Part shown: piece after piece, positions 1 to 7,997 of the stretch
Position numbering within the stretch: the first letter of the stretch is position 1
Layout: each line of letters starts with the position of its first letter
Origin: Clostridiales bacterium
GTDB lineage: Bacteria; Bacillota; Clostridia; TANB77; CAG-508
Assembly: GCA_015056485.1 (NCBI GenBank)
Contig: SVGD01000007.1
Coordinates: 12,425 to 76,424, forward strand
Length of the DNA: 64,000 nucleotides
Reading direction: 5' to 3'
Notes under the pieces: generated by a model
Seen by the model: only the letters and a program-made list of their open reading frames with translations
Database searches by the model: none
What the model was told of the DNA's origin: nothing
Translations under genes and position numbers: made by a program

Positions 1-206
1 TATTATTTTATATTAAAGTTGCAAATGAATTAAATCTTAGTTTAGATTATTTATTTAGCGAGGAATTACCACAAGTAAATACAGAAACAGCTAATAGTAA
101 GGAAATAATTGAAATGATAGATATGTTGAGTAAAGATGAGAAACAAATGGCCAATGTATTTATAAAAAATATTGTTAAAAGTCTAATTGAATTGAGAGAA
201 CAATAG
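1..206 (+). CDS. XRE-family helix-turn-helix transcriptional regulator, C-terminal fragment (5' end outside window)
   Basis: Frame 3 is open from the window edge to TAG at 204-206: ...VANELNLSLDYLFSEELPQVNTETANSKEIIEMIDMLSKDEKQMANVFIKNIVKSLIELREQ*. The motif 'LNLSLDYLF' is the typical end of a Cro/CI-type HTH. The ORF track has no start in the window, so this is not listed there. Same architecture as the XRE gene at 55202..55579, which also abuts a copy of the cassette. Confidence 0.5.
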   Translation, partial: LFYIKVANELNLSLDYLFSEELPQVNTETANSKEIIEMIDMLSKDEKQMANVFIKNIVKSLIELREQ

Positions 207-210
207 TAGC

Positions 211-340
211 TTGACATAATTTTTTGCAAAAACCTTGCAAAATCCTGCAGTATACATTCAATTTTTCAAGTGCTAAAATATTAATATGAAAAATTATATT
301 TAAAGAAAGCGAGAGAAAATCTTGGCTTTCTTTTTTTGTG
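211..340 (+). promoter_or_regulatory. Conserved regulatory cassette copy 1: TTGACA, palindrome TTTTTGCAAAAA (221-232), second TTGCAAAA (235-242), -35-like TATACA (251-256), 17-nt spacer, extended -10 TGcTAAAAT (271-279), leaderless mini-ORF ATG AAA AAT TAT ATT TAA (286-303, MKNYI), terminator hairpin AAAGAAAGC/GCTTTCTTT (302-333) plus T-run
   Basis: Near-identical copies at about 15737, 28050, 42524 and 55577. The -10 and the 17-nt spacing are conserved in all copies. The hairpin stem is conserved while the loops differ. Confidence 0.6.
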
Positions 341-359
341 TACAAAGGAGGAAATAACA

Positions 360-1625
360 ATGGCTACTTTATTAGAGAAGCATTTAAAGTTAGAAGAAAT
401 TAAAAAAATTAGGAATTGGAGGAATGAAGGATATGGATTAAATCAAATTAAAGATCTGGTTGATAAGACAAATATTACAGATGAAGAAATTGAAGAAATT
501 TTCTATGAAAATAATTCAAAACCAGACACAGAAGAAGTTGAAAAACAATTTGAGGAAGAAAACCATATTCAAGAAGTTCAGGAAGAAAATAATTCTGATG
601 AACCACCACAAGAAGAACAAGAAGTGATTCAAGAGGAAGAAGAAATAGTTGACTATGAAGAAGAATCATTAGAAGAATTAGAAGAAATTGAAGAAGATGA
701 AATTGAAATTATTGAAGAAAATCAAGTTGGAGTTCAAGATAATATTATACAACTTAAAGAAAATGAAAGATATGAAATTATTAGAGATGAAGATTTAGAA
801 GATTTTCCAAATCAACCTTTTAAAATGTATTCAGAATCAAGAAAAAACACAATGATAGAAAGTATAAAAATTAACGGAATAATAGAACCAATAGTAGTTA
901 GAAAAACTGAAAATGGAAAATATCAAATACTTTCTGGACATAATAGAAGACTATGTGGAAGAGAAGCAGGATTAACAGAATTTAAGTGCATTGTAAAAGA
1001 GAATATGTCAGAAGATGAAGCTAGACTATATATGGTTGATAGTAATTTAATGGTAAGAGATGTAATGCCAACAGAAAGAGGAAAAGCTTTAAGTATTAGA
1101 AAAGAATGTTTAAAAAATGAGAAGATTGCTTCAAAAATAGAAAATGAAATCCTACAAGATAATATAGACAAGCAAGATACAATTCAACAAAAAATGATAG
1201 AAGAAAACCATATGAGTAATGGTAATATTCAAAGATATATAAGATTGAATTATTTAATTCCACAACTTGGAGAAATGGTTGATGACAAAAAAATTAATCT
1301 AAGAACAGGAGAAAATTTAAGCTTTTTAAGTAAAAAAGAACAAAGAGATATAGTCAATATAATTGAAAAAGAAAATGTTAAAGTATCAGAAGCTATGTCA
1401 AAGAAAATAAAAAAATCTTCTGAAAATGGAGAATTAACAAAATATGTAATGAAACAAATTCTAATTAAAGAAAAAGATAAAAAACTTGAAATAAGAGTAA
1501 TATTTTATGAAGATGAAATCAAAAAATACTTCAATAATATAAACAATGGTAATGTAACAGCTAAAGACTGTAAAGACCTTATTATTGCCCTTTTAGAAAG
1601 AGAATTTGTAGAAAAAATACACTGA
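360..1625 (+). CDS. ParB/Spo0J-like nuclease-domain protein with acidic N-terminal region
   Basis: Motif ...INGIIEPIVVRKTENGKYQILSGHNRRLCGREAGL matches the ParB N-terminal domain (GxxEPixV...Y.ixsGhrR). ATG at 360 follows RBS AAGGAGG (346-352). The ORF track starts at the TTG at 336. Confidence 0.7.
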   Translation: MATLLEKHLKLEEIKKIRNWRNEGYGLNQIKDLVDKTNITDEEIEEIFYENNSKPDTEEVEKQFEEENHIQEVQEENNSDEPPQEEQEVIQEEEEIVDYEEESLEELEEIEEDEIEIIEENQVGVQDNIIQLKENERYEIIRDEDLEDFPNQPFKMYSESRKNTMIESIKINGIIEPIVVRKTENGKYQILSGHNRRLCGREAGLTEFKCIVKENMSEDEARLYMVDSNLMVRDVMPTERGKALSIRKECLKNEKIASKIENEILQDNIDKQDTIQQKMIEENHMSNGNIQRYIRLNYLIPQLGEMVDDKKINLRTGENLSFLSKKEQRDIVNIIEKENVKVSEAMSKKIKKSSENGELTKYVMKQILIKEKDKKLEIRVIFYEDEIKKYFNNINNGNVTAKDCKDLIIALLEREFVEKIH

Positions 1626-1639
1626 AATGTATGACATCT

Positions 1640-1780
1640 GTATTGTATCTGCAAAAGAAAACATCTAGCAGAGGAGTAGAGAGCTTGGCTCTCTAACTGT
1701 TGACAGGAAAGACACTTCTTTCCTTATCCTGCCCTTAAATTTTTCTGAAATTTAAGGGAACACGAAAGAAAAAGCAAGGA
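1640..1780. other. Putative oriT: three consecutive inverted repeats between the ParB-like gene and the relaxosome genes
   Basis: Three inverted repeats are visible: AGAGAGCttgGCTCTCT; GGAAAGAcacTTCTTTCC; CCCTTAAATTTttctgAAATTTAAGGG with an 11-bp perfect stem. GC here is locally higher than in flanking DNA. The position just upstream of the RHH and relaxase genes is typical for an oriT. No nic site could be assigned. Confidence 0.4.
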
Positions 1781-1791
1781 GAGAGAGCAAA

Positions 1792-2277
1792 TTGAATAAA
1801 AAAATAGTTAAGAAAAAAGAAGATAGTAGAACTGAAAAAGTTTATGCTGTTGTCCCTAAATCTCTAAAGGACGCATTAAGGACATATGTTGCTTCAATAT
1901 GTAAAGAAGATAGAAAAGCAACTGAAAGTGAAATTATAAACAGAGCATTAGAAGAATATTTAGAAATAAAGGCAAATGAAAAAAGTGTAAGTAAATTAGA
2001 AAAAATGCTAGAAAAGATTATAGATGAAAAATTGGGAAGAAAATTTGAAAGACACATTGCTTTATTAAGTAAAAGTGCGAAAGCAAGCTTTTCATCAATC
2101 TTTTTACAAGCATATGTATTAGCGTATATTTTTAATAGTGAGGACGATCAACAATTCATAAAAGAAAAGATTAATTTAGCAAATAAGTTGGGGTATCAGG
2201 CCATCAAGTCGCCATATTTTGAAGATGACATTACAAGGATATTACCAAAAGATATGAATTTCAAAAATATTATATAA
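1792..2277 (+). CDS. Ribbon-helix-helix (CopG/MetJ-like) protein, putative relaxosome accessory factor
   Basis: N-terminus KVYAVVPKSLKDALRTYVASICKEDRKATESEIINRALEEYLE fits a beta-strand plus two-helix RHH pattern. The gene sits immediately upstream of the relaxase-like gene. Confidence 0.5.
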   Translation: MNKKIVKKKEDSRTEKVYAVVPKSLKDALRTYVASICKEDRKATESEIINRALEEYLEIKANEKSVSKLEKMLEKIIDEKLGRKFERHIALLSKSAKASFSSIFLQAYVLAYIFNSEDDQQFIKEKINLANKLGYQAIKSPYFEDDITRILPKDMNFKNII

Positions 2278-2289
2278 AGGAAATAAAGT

Positions 2290-3951
2290 ATGGATAAAGA
2301 TAGATTTAGTGATGGAGTATTTTTTAAATGGCTTAATCAAAAAGAAATATACGCAAAATATGATAATAAAGGTAGAGCAAGGAAACTTCAAGCTTATTTA
2401 GATAAATTACACGAAGACTATATAGCAACAAGACCAGGTGCGGATTTTGGAGATGATTCTCACGGACTTTTTGGATATATTCTTGAAAATAATAATGTTG
2501 AAAAAATGGAATTAGATCAAGTAAAAAAATATGTAGAAAAGCTAACTCTTAATGATATTGATATACAAAAGACTGTAATTTCACTAAGTGAAGCAGACGC
2601 AATTAAATATGGATATACAACAAAAGAAGCTTGGAAGAATCTTATTATTGAAAGAATAAATGAAATCGCAGAAGAATTTGGTATTAAACCTGAAAATGTT
2701 GAATGGACAGCTTCATACCATTCAAAGAAAAATAATCCTCATTGTCATTTGTTGTTTTGGAATAAGAATCAAAATTTAGAACTACAGAAGAAACCATATG
2801 TAAGATACAAAAAAATTAGGAAGGCTCTTGCTAAAACTATATTTAAACTAAAATTAAAAAGTTTATATGATATAAAAAATGTTTCTAAAAAATTAATTGC
2901 AGAAATGACTAATGAAGAATTAGCAAAATACAAGAATGACTTAAAAGAAATATATAAAAATCCAGATATGAAATTAAGAATTGTTGATACAAATAGAGAA
3001 GAACAATTGATTTTAGATAGCTTAAAAGATTTGAATATTGATGAAAAACTATATATTTGTGATATTGAAGAACCAACTAATTTTACAGAAATAAAGAAAA
3101 TAGAAGTAGATAAATATGAATATAAAAATTTTGGAGAGCAAGCTATTCTTTATAGAGAAAATTCATATTTAGATTCAGCACAATTTTTAGCAAACTTTTC
3201 TGATTTAAAAGTATATAAAACAATAGAAGAATTACAAAATTATATTAATGTAAAGAAACAAGAACATTTTGATATTGAAAATAACTTAAAAGAAATAATG
3301 CCAGACATATTTGGTATACCAATTATTTCTAATAAATTTAAAGAAGAAAATTTTAGTATTTTACTTAGCAAAATAATTAGACTTAAAGAAATATCTAATG
3401 ATTTTGAAAAAGGATTTAAGTATCAATATCAAATACCAGAAGTAAAAATGTATGTAAATGAAATTTCTAAATTAATATTAAATTCATCAGAAGATTGCAA
3501 AAATGAATTTAATGAATATATTCAAGCAAGTATAAATGCTTCAAGAATACTTGAAGAAATTTCAAATAAAAAGGACTATGAAAAAATTAAGAAAATAGCA
3601 GAAAGAGATATGTTAAATAAAATGGGAAACCAAATTTTGCAATTAATAAAAGAAGTAAATTTGGAAGAATATTTAAGGAAAAAACAAGAATGGAAAGATA
3701 ATACAATTAAATTTCAAGAAGCACAAGGTATAAAAAAAGCAAATATAGAGCAAGAAATAAAAAATATAGAAAGTAAAAATGCTAGAAGGATAATAAATGA
3801 TGTTTTTAAAATGCTTTCAGAAGAAAACATTTCTCATAATGCGTATTATAATAGAATTAAAAATAGTACAAATCTTTCAAAACAAGCAAAAAGAGAAATA
3901 TATTTAAAGAATAGAATGAAAGGAAGTATAGATTGGGGAACAGAAAGATGA
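2290..3951 (+). CDS. MobP/MobQ-type relaxase-like protein (553 aa)
   Basis: 'YHSKKNNPHCHLLFWNK' resembles relaxase motif III (HxDxxNxHxH: H-x-x-x-N-N-P-H-C-H). Position is downstream of the putative oriT and RHH gene. The catalytic Tyr could not be assigned with certainty. Confidence 0.5.
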   Translation: MDKDRFSDGVFFKWLNQKEIYAKYDNKGRARKLQAYLDKLHEDYIATRPGADFGDDSHGLFGYILENNNVEKMELDQVKKYVEKLTLNDIDIQKTVISLSEADAIKYGYTTKEAWKNLIIERINEIAEEFGIKPENVEWTASYHSKKNNPHCHLLFWNKNQNLELQKKPYVRYKKIRKALAKTIFKLKLKSLYDIKNVSKKLIAEMTNEELAKYKNDLKEIYKNPDMKLRIVDTNREEQLILDSLKDLNIDEKLYICDIEEPTNFTEIKKIEVDKYEYKNFGEQAILYRENSYLDSAQFLANFSDLKVYKTIEELQNYINVKKQEHFDIENNLKEIMPDIFGIPIISNKFKEENFSILLSKIIRLKEISNDFEKGFKYQYQIPEVKMYVNEISKLILNSSEDCKNEFNEYIQASINASRILEEISNKKDYEKIKKIAERDMLNKMGNQILQLIKEVNLEEYLRKKQEWKDNTIKFQEAQGIKKANIEQEIKNIESKNARRIINDVFKMLSEENISHNAYYNRIKNSTNLSKQAKREIYLKNRMKGSIDWGTER

Positions 3952-3965
3952 TTTTTTTTAATATA

Positions 3966-4053
3966 TTTGTACAGAAAATTGATACAAAAAACGAGTTTTT
4001 GAAAACCTGCAAACCCTTTTTTTATCTACAATGTACAGAGAATTGATACAAAA
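3966..4053. repeat. Two 22-nt direct repeats TGTACAGA(A/G)AATTGATACAAAA separated by about 40 nt, flanking palindrome CAAAAACGAGTTTTTG
   Basis: Seen directly in the intergenic region between the relaxase gene and 4110. 21 of 22 positions are identical. Confidence 0.5.
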
Positions 4054-4109
4054 TGTTCCACAATAAACGTAAATGTCAAAAAGAATATCAATTATAAAAA
4101 GGAATAAAA

Positions 4110-4346
4110 ATGATTAATGCTTTAGTTTTTGTAATATCAATAATTACTTGTGGAATTTTATTAAGAATATTTGGTTATTCTCAAAAAAATCTTATTCAAA
4201 TAATCATAAATGCACTAATAGGGATAACTGCATTATATGTACTTAAATATGTTGGAATAGCAATAACTATAAATTGGATTTCAATAATGATAGCAAGTTT
4301 TTTTGGATTACCAGGTGTGATTATAATCTTAATTTTTTCAAACTGA
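4110..4346 (+). CDS. Small membrane protein (2 TM)
   Basis: 78-aa hydrophobic ORF, RBS AAAAGGAA upstream. Confidence 0.5.
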   Translation: MINALVFVISIITCGILLRIFGYSQKNLIQIIINALIGITALYVLKYVGIAITINWISIMIASFFGLPGVIIILIFSN

Positions 4347-4358
4347 AAGGAGGAATTT

Positions 4359-4640
4359 ATGATTACAGAAGAAACAAGACGTTTAAGTTATGAAGAAATT
4401 AAACCCAAAAGACCAGTTAGATATGATCAAATAATTTATATATTAAGAAATAATCCAGAAGGAATGACAGCAAAGGAAATAGCTGTTGAATTATACAATT
4501 TAAAACTAATTCCAAGCACAGAAAGAAATTTCGTTTCGCCTAGATTAACGGAATTAGTAAAAAAAGAGAAAGTGAGAGTGGTAGGAGAGAGAGTTTGCAA
4601 ATATACAAATAGAAAAGTTGCTGTATTTCAAGCAATTTAA
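4359..4640 (+). CDS. Small winged-helix-like DNA-binding protein (candidate oriT/relaxosome or regulatory protein)
   Basis: RBS AAAGGAGGAA upstream. Basic 93-aa protein with an HTH-like segment EGMTAKEIAVELY. Confidence 0.4.
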   Translation: MITEETRRLSYEEIKPKRPVRYDQIIYILRNNPEGMTAKEIAVELYNLKLIPSTERNFVSPRLTELVKKEKVRVVGERVCKYTNRKVAVFQAI

Positions 4641-4672
4641 AAAATAGGTACACAAAAGAGGAGAAAATAATA

Positions 4673-6833
4673 ATGAACAAAAGATTAAGTTTAAAAATAG
4701 TAGGTTTAATATTTGCATTTATTATCAGTATATTTTTATCTAGCTTAATTACATTTTGTTTAATGCAAATATTTTTAAAACAACCAGAAAAAATATTAGA
4801 AATTAATGTTTTTAAAGTTATTGAAACTGTAAAAAGTTCAAAAGAAAGTATACAGATTTTCATATTAACAATTATATGCTTTATGCTTTTTGCAACAATT
4901 TCAATTTTTAGATTCTTTAGAGGAAAGAATTATCATAGCAAAACTTATAAAGTAACAGATAACATAGAAATTCCAATGCCTGTTGGGCTTCATCAAAATC
5001 AGCACGGTTCTGTATGGTGGCTAAGCAAAAAGAAATTCAAGAAAACATTTGGCGTAAATACGATAGATGAAGAAAATCCAACAATAAAGGCTTTATTGGA
5101 AAAGGCAGAAGAAGATAGAGGGATAATTGAAAAATCAGAAAAAGATAAAAACACAAAATTAAATTTAGAAGTAGAGCCTTTACCAGAAGAATTAAAAAAA
5201 CCAATATTTAAAAAAGGTGGATTAGTTGTTGGAAAAAAAGACAGGATAATATTTAAACCTTATATAAAAAAGATAAGAATATTCAAAACAAATAAATATC
5301 TAAAAATTCCAACAATTAAAACAAGAAAAGTAGAAGATGTTTATTTTATAGATGATGATTTACATTCGATTACTATAGGTGCAACAAGATCAGGTAAGAC
5401 AAGAAGTTTGGTTCTTCAAAGCATAAATAACATAGCTTTAGCAGGCGAAAATATGGTAATTAGTGATCCAAAAGGAGAATTATTTGAATATACCTGTGTT
5501 GAATTAAAAAGATTAGGATATAACGTATTAACACTAGATTTTAAGACACCACTTAAAAGCTCAAAATATAATTTCCTACAGCCAGTTATTGAAGCAATAA
5601 AACAAAAAAATACACCAAAAGCAGAAAACTATGCAAGTGATATTGTACAAAGTTTAGTTGGAGATGTTAAAGGAAATGGAGAAGCTATTTGGAACAATGG
5701 AGAAAAAGCTGTAATAAGAGCAACTATTATGGCTGTTGTTATGGAAAATATTGAGAATCCTAAACTACAAAATTTACCTAATGTATATCACTTTATAGCT
5801 GAAATGTGTAAAGAACAAGAGGATAAAACAACACTAATAGATACATATTTAGACTTTTTAAAAGAAATAGATAATACGCACCCTGCTATTGCAAGTTTTG
5901 CTCCAGCCCAGATGGCGGCGAGCAAAACGAGAGCGTCTTTTTACACTTCTGCATTATCGACATTAAATATATTTATGGACAGTTATGTAGCAAGTATGAT
6001 TAGTGAAAATGAAATAGATATAAACAAATTTAATGAAGAAAAAACGGCTTTGTTTATGATACTTCCTGATGAAAAAACAACTTTTTATGGTTTATGTAGT
6101 TTATTTGTTAATCAAGTATATACAAAACTTGTAGAAATGGCTGATGAACGTGGTGGGCGTTTAAAAATACGTACGAATTTTGTATTAGACGAATTTCGGA
6201 AACTTTTCACAAATACCAAATTTTCGGTGGTTTTTTAACTGTTGGTGGTCGGAAGACGGAATTAGATTCAATTTATTTGTACAGTCATTTAGTCAGCTAA
6301 ATGAAAAATATGGAGATAATACAGCTCAAAACATTCTTGATAATGCTTATGTGTGGAATTATCTTCGTACGAGTAATGAAACAACAGCTGAAAAGATTTC
6401 CAAAAAAATTGGTACATATACTACAACAAGTTGGTCTGAAAGCAGTGATAAAAAATCTGATAATGGTGGAAGTAATTCAATGAACTTAATTTCAAGAGCT
6501 TTATTAACACCAGATGAAATATTAAGACTTCAAAGACCTTATTTGTTAGTTATGGCTTCAGGAACTGAACCTGCAATAACCAATTCTCCTGATTTAAGTA
6601 AATGGTTATTTAATCGACTTTTAGGATTAGGAGATAAAAACTGGAACATCAAAGTAAGACAGATGAGAGAAGACGCAAGAGAAATAAAAGAAATATCGCC
6701 ACTTCAATTATGGGATATTGATAAACAAACAATGGAATTAAAACAAATGAAAAAAGAAAAAGAACTTGAGGAAAGAAGATTAAACTTTATGAAAAGACAA
6801 GGTGGAATTGACTATCCAAAAGGAAATTTATAG
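4673..6833 (+). pseudogene. Type IV coupling protein (VirD4/TraG family), reading frame broken near 6185-6300 (track ORFs 4673..6238 and 6351..6833)
   Basis: N-terminal TM segments. Walker A 'ITIGATRSGKT...ISDPKGELFEYT' and 'FVLDEF' are present. The C-terminal TraG motifs '...RFNLFVQSFSQLNEKYGDNTAQNILDNAYVWNYLRTSNETTAEKIS' continue in another frame. Pieces of the expected motif (GNFSQIPNF / GGFLTVGG / RFNLFVQSFSQL) lie in three different frames within about 80 nt, next to homopolymer runs. Confidence 0.75.
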
Positions 6834-6845
6834 GAGGAACGAAAG

Positions 6846-7202
6846 ATGAAAATTAAAGAAAAATTATTAACATTGGGAACATCATTAGCTTTAGGCATAA
6901 TTACACTAAATAATACTGTTTTTGCAGATATTGTAACAGAAGTACAAGGTGGAGGAGAAATACAAAAAAGTAAAATTGGTACAGGAGTTATGAAACTTGT
7001 ACAAGATTTAACAGGAACTTTACAATGGATAATTCCTTTCATAGGAGTTGGCTTCATTTTGTGGCACGTTTTTAAAATTATGACTGGAGATGAACGTGAT
7101 CAAGATATTCATAAAAAGGGCATAATTAAGGTTTTAGTATGTATTGTTGTTGGTTTAATCGTAGTAACAATTGTAAATTTAATGGGTAAATATTTTCAAT
7201 AA
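6846..7202 (+). CDS. Small exported membrane protein (signal peptide plus 2 TM; VirB2/pilin-like topology candidate)
   Basis: MKIKEKLLTLGTSLALGIITLNNTVFA signal peptide followed by two hydrophobic helices. Shares the motif FKI(M/L)TGDE with the ORF at 9396. Confidence 0.45.
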   Translation: MKIKEKLLTLGTSLALGIITLNNTVFADIVTEVQGGGEIQKSKIGTGVMKLVQDLTGTLQWIIPFIGVGFILWHVFKIMTGDERDQDIHKKGIIKVLVCIVVGLIVVTIVNLMGKYFQ

Positions 7203-7222
7203 AATCAAGGAGGTAAAAGAAA

Positions 7223-7984
7223 ATGGATATAAGACAAGAGCAAATTGAAAAAATGAATTTAGAAGTTAAGGAAAAATTGAATTTAACAGACAAAGAATAT
7301 GAAAAATCAAAAGATGTATTAAGTAGATTAAACGAAATGGATTTAGAAGCAAATCCAGAATTATATGAAAATAAGCAAGAAAAAAATCAAACAGAAAACC
7401 AGAAAAAAATTAAAGAGCTAGAAGAACGTAAAAAACAAGCTGAAGAAGAAGAACAATTACTTATAGAAAGCTTTTCACAAGAGATTGGCCAAAGTGTAAA
7501 AGACACAGAAAAAATATGGGGATATTTAAAAAGATATACTCTTATAGGAATGGTAACAGGAGTACCAGGAATTGCTTTAACTTGCTTGTATGATAAGTGG
7601 AAAGAAAACGCAATGGCTAAAGAATTAAAAGAATTGAATCAAAAAGTTATAGCAAGTCAAAATGAACCTGAACTGCACAAAGAATTGGCAGAAAAATATC
7701 AAAAATATGAGAGAGAATTTTGCAAAGTTCATCATATAGATGAGTTACAAAAATGTATAAAGAAATCAAACTATATTTCTCAAATAAAGAATAGTAAAGA
7801 AGCTCTTTTAGGTTTAGTTGATGAAATTAACAAATATAGAGAAATAGACAAAAAAGAAACAGAAAAAGAGTTTGAAAAATTAAAACAATTATCTGATGAA
7901 TTTGTAAAAAAAGAATTAAGTGAAGAAATTGTGCAAGAAACTGTAATTGAAGAGGAAGAAGAATTGGTAATAGAACCTAAATAA
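7223..7984 (+). CDS. Coiled-coil protein with central TM segment
   Basis: 253-aa K/E-rich ORF with hydrophobic segment LIGMVTGVPGIALTCLY. RBS AAGGAGG upstream. Confidence 0.5.
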   Translation: MDIRQEQIEKMNLEVKEKLNLTDKEYEKSKDVLSRLNEMDLEANPELYENKQEKNQTENQKKIKELEERKKQAEEEEQLLIESFSQEIGQSVKDTEKIWGYLKRYTLIGMVTGVPGIALTCLYDKWKENAMAKELKELNQKVIASQNEPELHKELAEKYQKYEREFCKVHHIDELQKCIKKSNYISQIKNSKEALLGLVDEINKYREIDKKETEKEFEKLKQLSDEFVKKELSEEIVQETVIEEEEELVIEPK

Positions 7985-7997
7985 ACTGGAGGTAAAA

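Noticed and set aside
211-240. TTGACA at 211-216 as the -35 of an additional promoter in the cassette
   Set aside because: No -10-like hexamer lies 16-18 nt downstream (CTTGCA or TTGCAA). It is more likely part of the operator or UP region. The functional promoter is TATACA-17-TGnTAAAAT.
475-1171. Minus-strand ORFs from the track nested inside + strand genes (475..669, 923..1171, also 1842..2057, 9478..9711, 19934..20496, 29494..30000, 42050..42415, 43063..43772, 47377..48598 and others)
   Set aside because: In 27%-GC DNA, antisense frames of K/E/I/N-rich genes are frequently open. They lack RBSs and are Leu/Phe/Ser-rich with low complexity. They overlap well-supported + strand genes with domain hits.
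6301-6483. Track ORF 6301..6483 (60 aa) and 40295..40492 (65 aa) on + strand
   Set aside because: These are out-of-frame shadows inside the coupling-protein gene and the zinc-ribbon gene.
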